Virus record (IMG/VR): IMGVR_UViG_3300021431_000118
Coordinates: 5,530-69,529 of that record
Length of the DNA: 64,000 bases
From: a virus
Lineage: Duplodnaviria > Caudoviricetes
Strand: one strand, 5' to 3'
In this document: in pieces, positions 63,248 to 64,000 of the stretch
Layout: each line of letters opens with the position of its first letter
How positions within the stretch are numbered: the first letter of the stretch is position 1
Translations under genes and position numbers: made by a program
Notes under the pieces: generated by a model
What the model was told of the DNA's origin: nothing
Seen by the model: only the letters and a program-made list of their open reading frames with translations
Databases searched by the model: none

Positions 63248-64000
63248 TCAGTCTCCCTGATGCTTGAGCAGATACTTGCGGGAGACGTTCTTGAAGGAGT
63301 CCTTGCCGTCCAGGCTGCGGTAGACGATTCCCTCCCTGTCGACAGCCGGATTGACGACGGACTTGCCGTCAGCCTGCAGCTTCAGTTCTTCCATAGTATC
63401 CGGCATCATGGCCTCGCCGAGAATCGGCACCCATTTCATGCCCCAGGATTCGATGATCTCCTTGCCTGCGCAGGAGGAGAAGCGTCCGTTGACTGAGTCG
63501 ATCAGGTTGAAGACATAGAGGTCATCCTCCGGCAGCTTCAGTGGATTGCCCTGCACGGAGCCGACGCCCTCGCCCTGAATGCAGACCCACTCCAGGGTCT
63601 CCCCCATCTCCAGGTAGTCACGGAGATGCTTCTCGATATCGTACTTGAAGGCGAGATCCCAATAGATATTGTGATCGTGGTAGCACGCCTGCTTTTCGTC
63701 CTGCTGACGGACGTTGCGGGAGCAGACGTAGAACTCATACTTCTGCTTCTGGAAGCAGTTCTTGGTCAGACGGCGGAGACAGTAGGTACAACTCGTTCCG
63801 TCGAGCTTCTCTGTGGCAAGGTAGACCCGACCGTCACCAATGCGCCAGGGCTGATTCTCGACCCTTTCCTCGTCAGTCTTCTTGATGAAGCTCGGGAATT
63901 CTCTCGGCTTATCCTGCTTCTTCCCGAAGAATACGAACAGCAGCTTCTTGCCCCACTCCCGGCGCATCAGCCAGCGGAAGGGCTTGGTCTTGAACAGCTT
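63248..64000 (-). CDS. ATP-dependent RNA ligase (Rnl2-like), 5' end beyond the window
   Basis: Nucleotidyltransferase motifs TEKLDG, QGEG, LYVFNL, REGIV, SFKNVS. The frame is open to the window edge. Confidence 0.85.
   Translation of the reverse strand, partial: KLFKTKPFRWLMRREWGKKLLFVFFGKKQDKPREFPSFIKKTDEERVENQPWRIGDGRVYLATEKLDGTSCTYCLRRLTKNCFQKQKYEFYVCSRNVRQQDEKQACYHDHNIYWDLAFKYDIEKHLRDYLEMGETLEWVCIQGEGVGSVQGNPLKLPEDDLYVFNLIDSVNGRFSSCAGKEIIESWGMKWVPILGEAMMPDTMEELKLQADGKSVVNPAVDREGIVYRSLDGKDSFKNVSRKYLLKHQGD

Larger units (their letters stand above)
1..64000. mobile_element. Large temperate siphovirus genome segment (SPbeta/c-st-like organisation), apparently in excised/attP form
   Basis: Colinear terminase-portal-protease-capsid-tail-lysis-integrase order. 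Phage genes lie on both sides of the att core. No host housekeeping genes are seen. Confidence 0.95.

Noticed and set aside
1-64000. Stop-codon reassignment, introns or inteins
   Set aside because: Genes tile densely in the standard code, and TerL, MCP and TMP are uninterrupted

Overview
The whole window is one large temperate siphovirus genome segment, SPbeta/c-st/phiCD211-like in gene order. The host is probably a Gram-positive Firmicute (Clostridia-like), judged from GGAGG/GGTGA Shine-Dalgarno sites, a perfect sigmaA promoter, a CHAP endolysin and a sortase. The + strand runs: tyrosine recombinase, HU-like protein, TerS/TerL, portal, protease-scaffold, decoration, major capsid, neck, tail tube, RusA, chaperones, a 2844-aa tape measure, Dit and Tal. 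Then comes a very large adsorption/fibre region (~29.9-58.5 kb) and the lysis cassette. The - strand carries the integrase, an intact attP (3' half of tRNA-Trp), xis and an RNA ligase cut by the window edge. The most interesting part is the fibre region. It holds three paralog triplets (DUF859-like, BspA-LRR, and YadA-head-like SHAEG beta-roll fibres) with DNA-level signs of module shuffling. Three candidate protein-modifying enzymes sit among them: a sortase with an intact His/Cys/Arg triad but no clear membrane anchor or LPxTG substrate, a GT2 glycosyltransferase, and a CotH-like kinase domain. Other oddities are RanBP2-type zinc fingers inside the tape measure and a portal gene with no canonical start codon. 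All family assignments come from motif recognition by eye; no database search was run.
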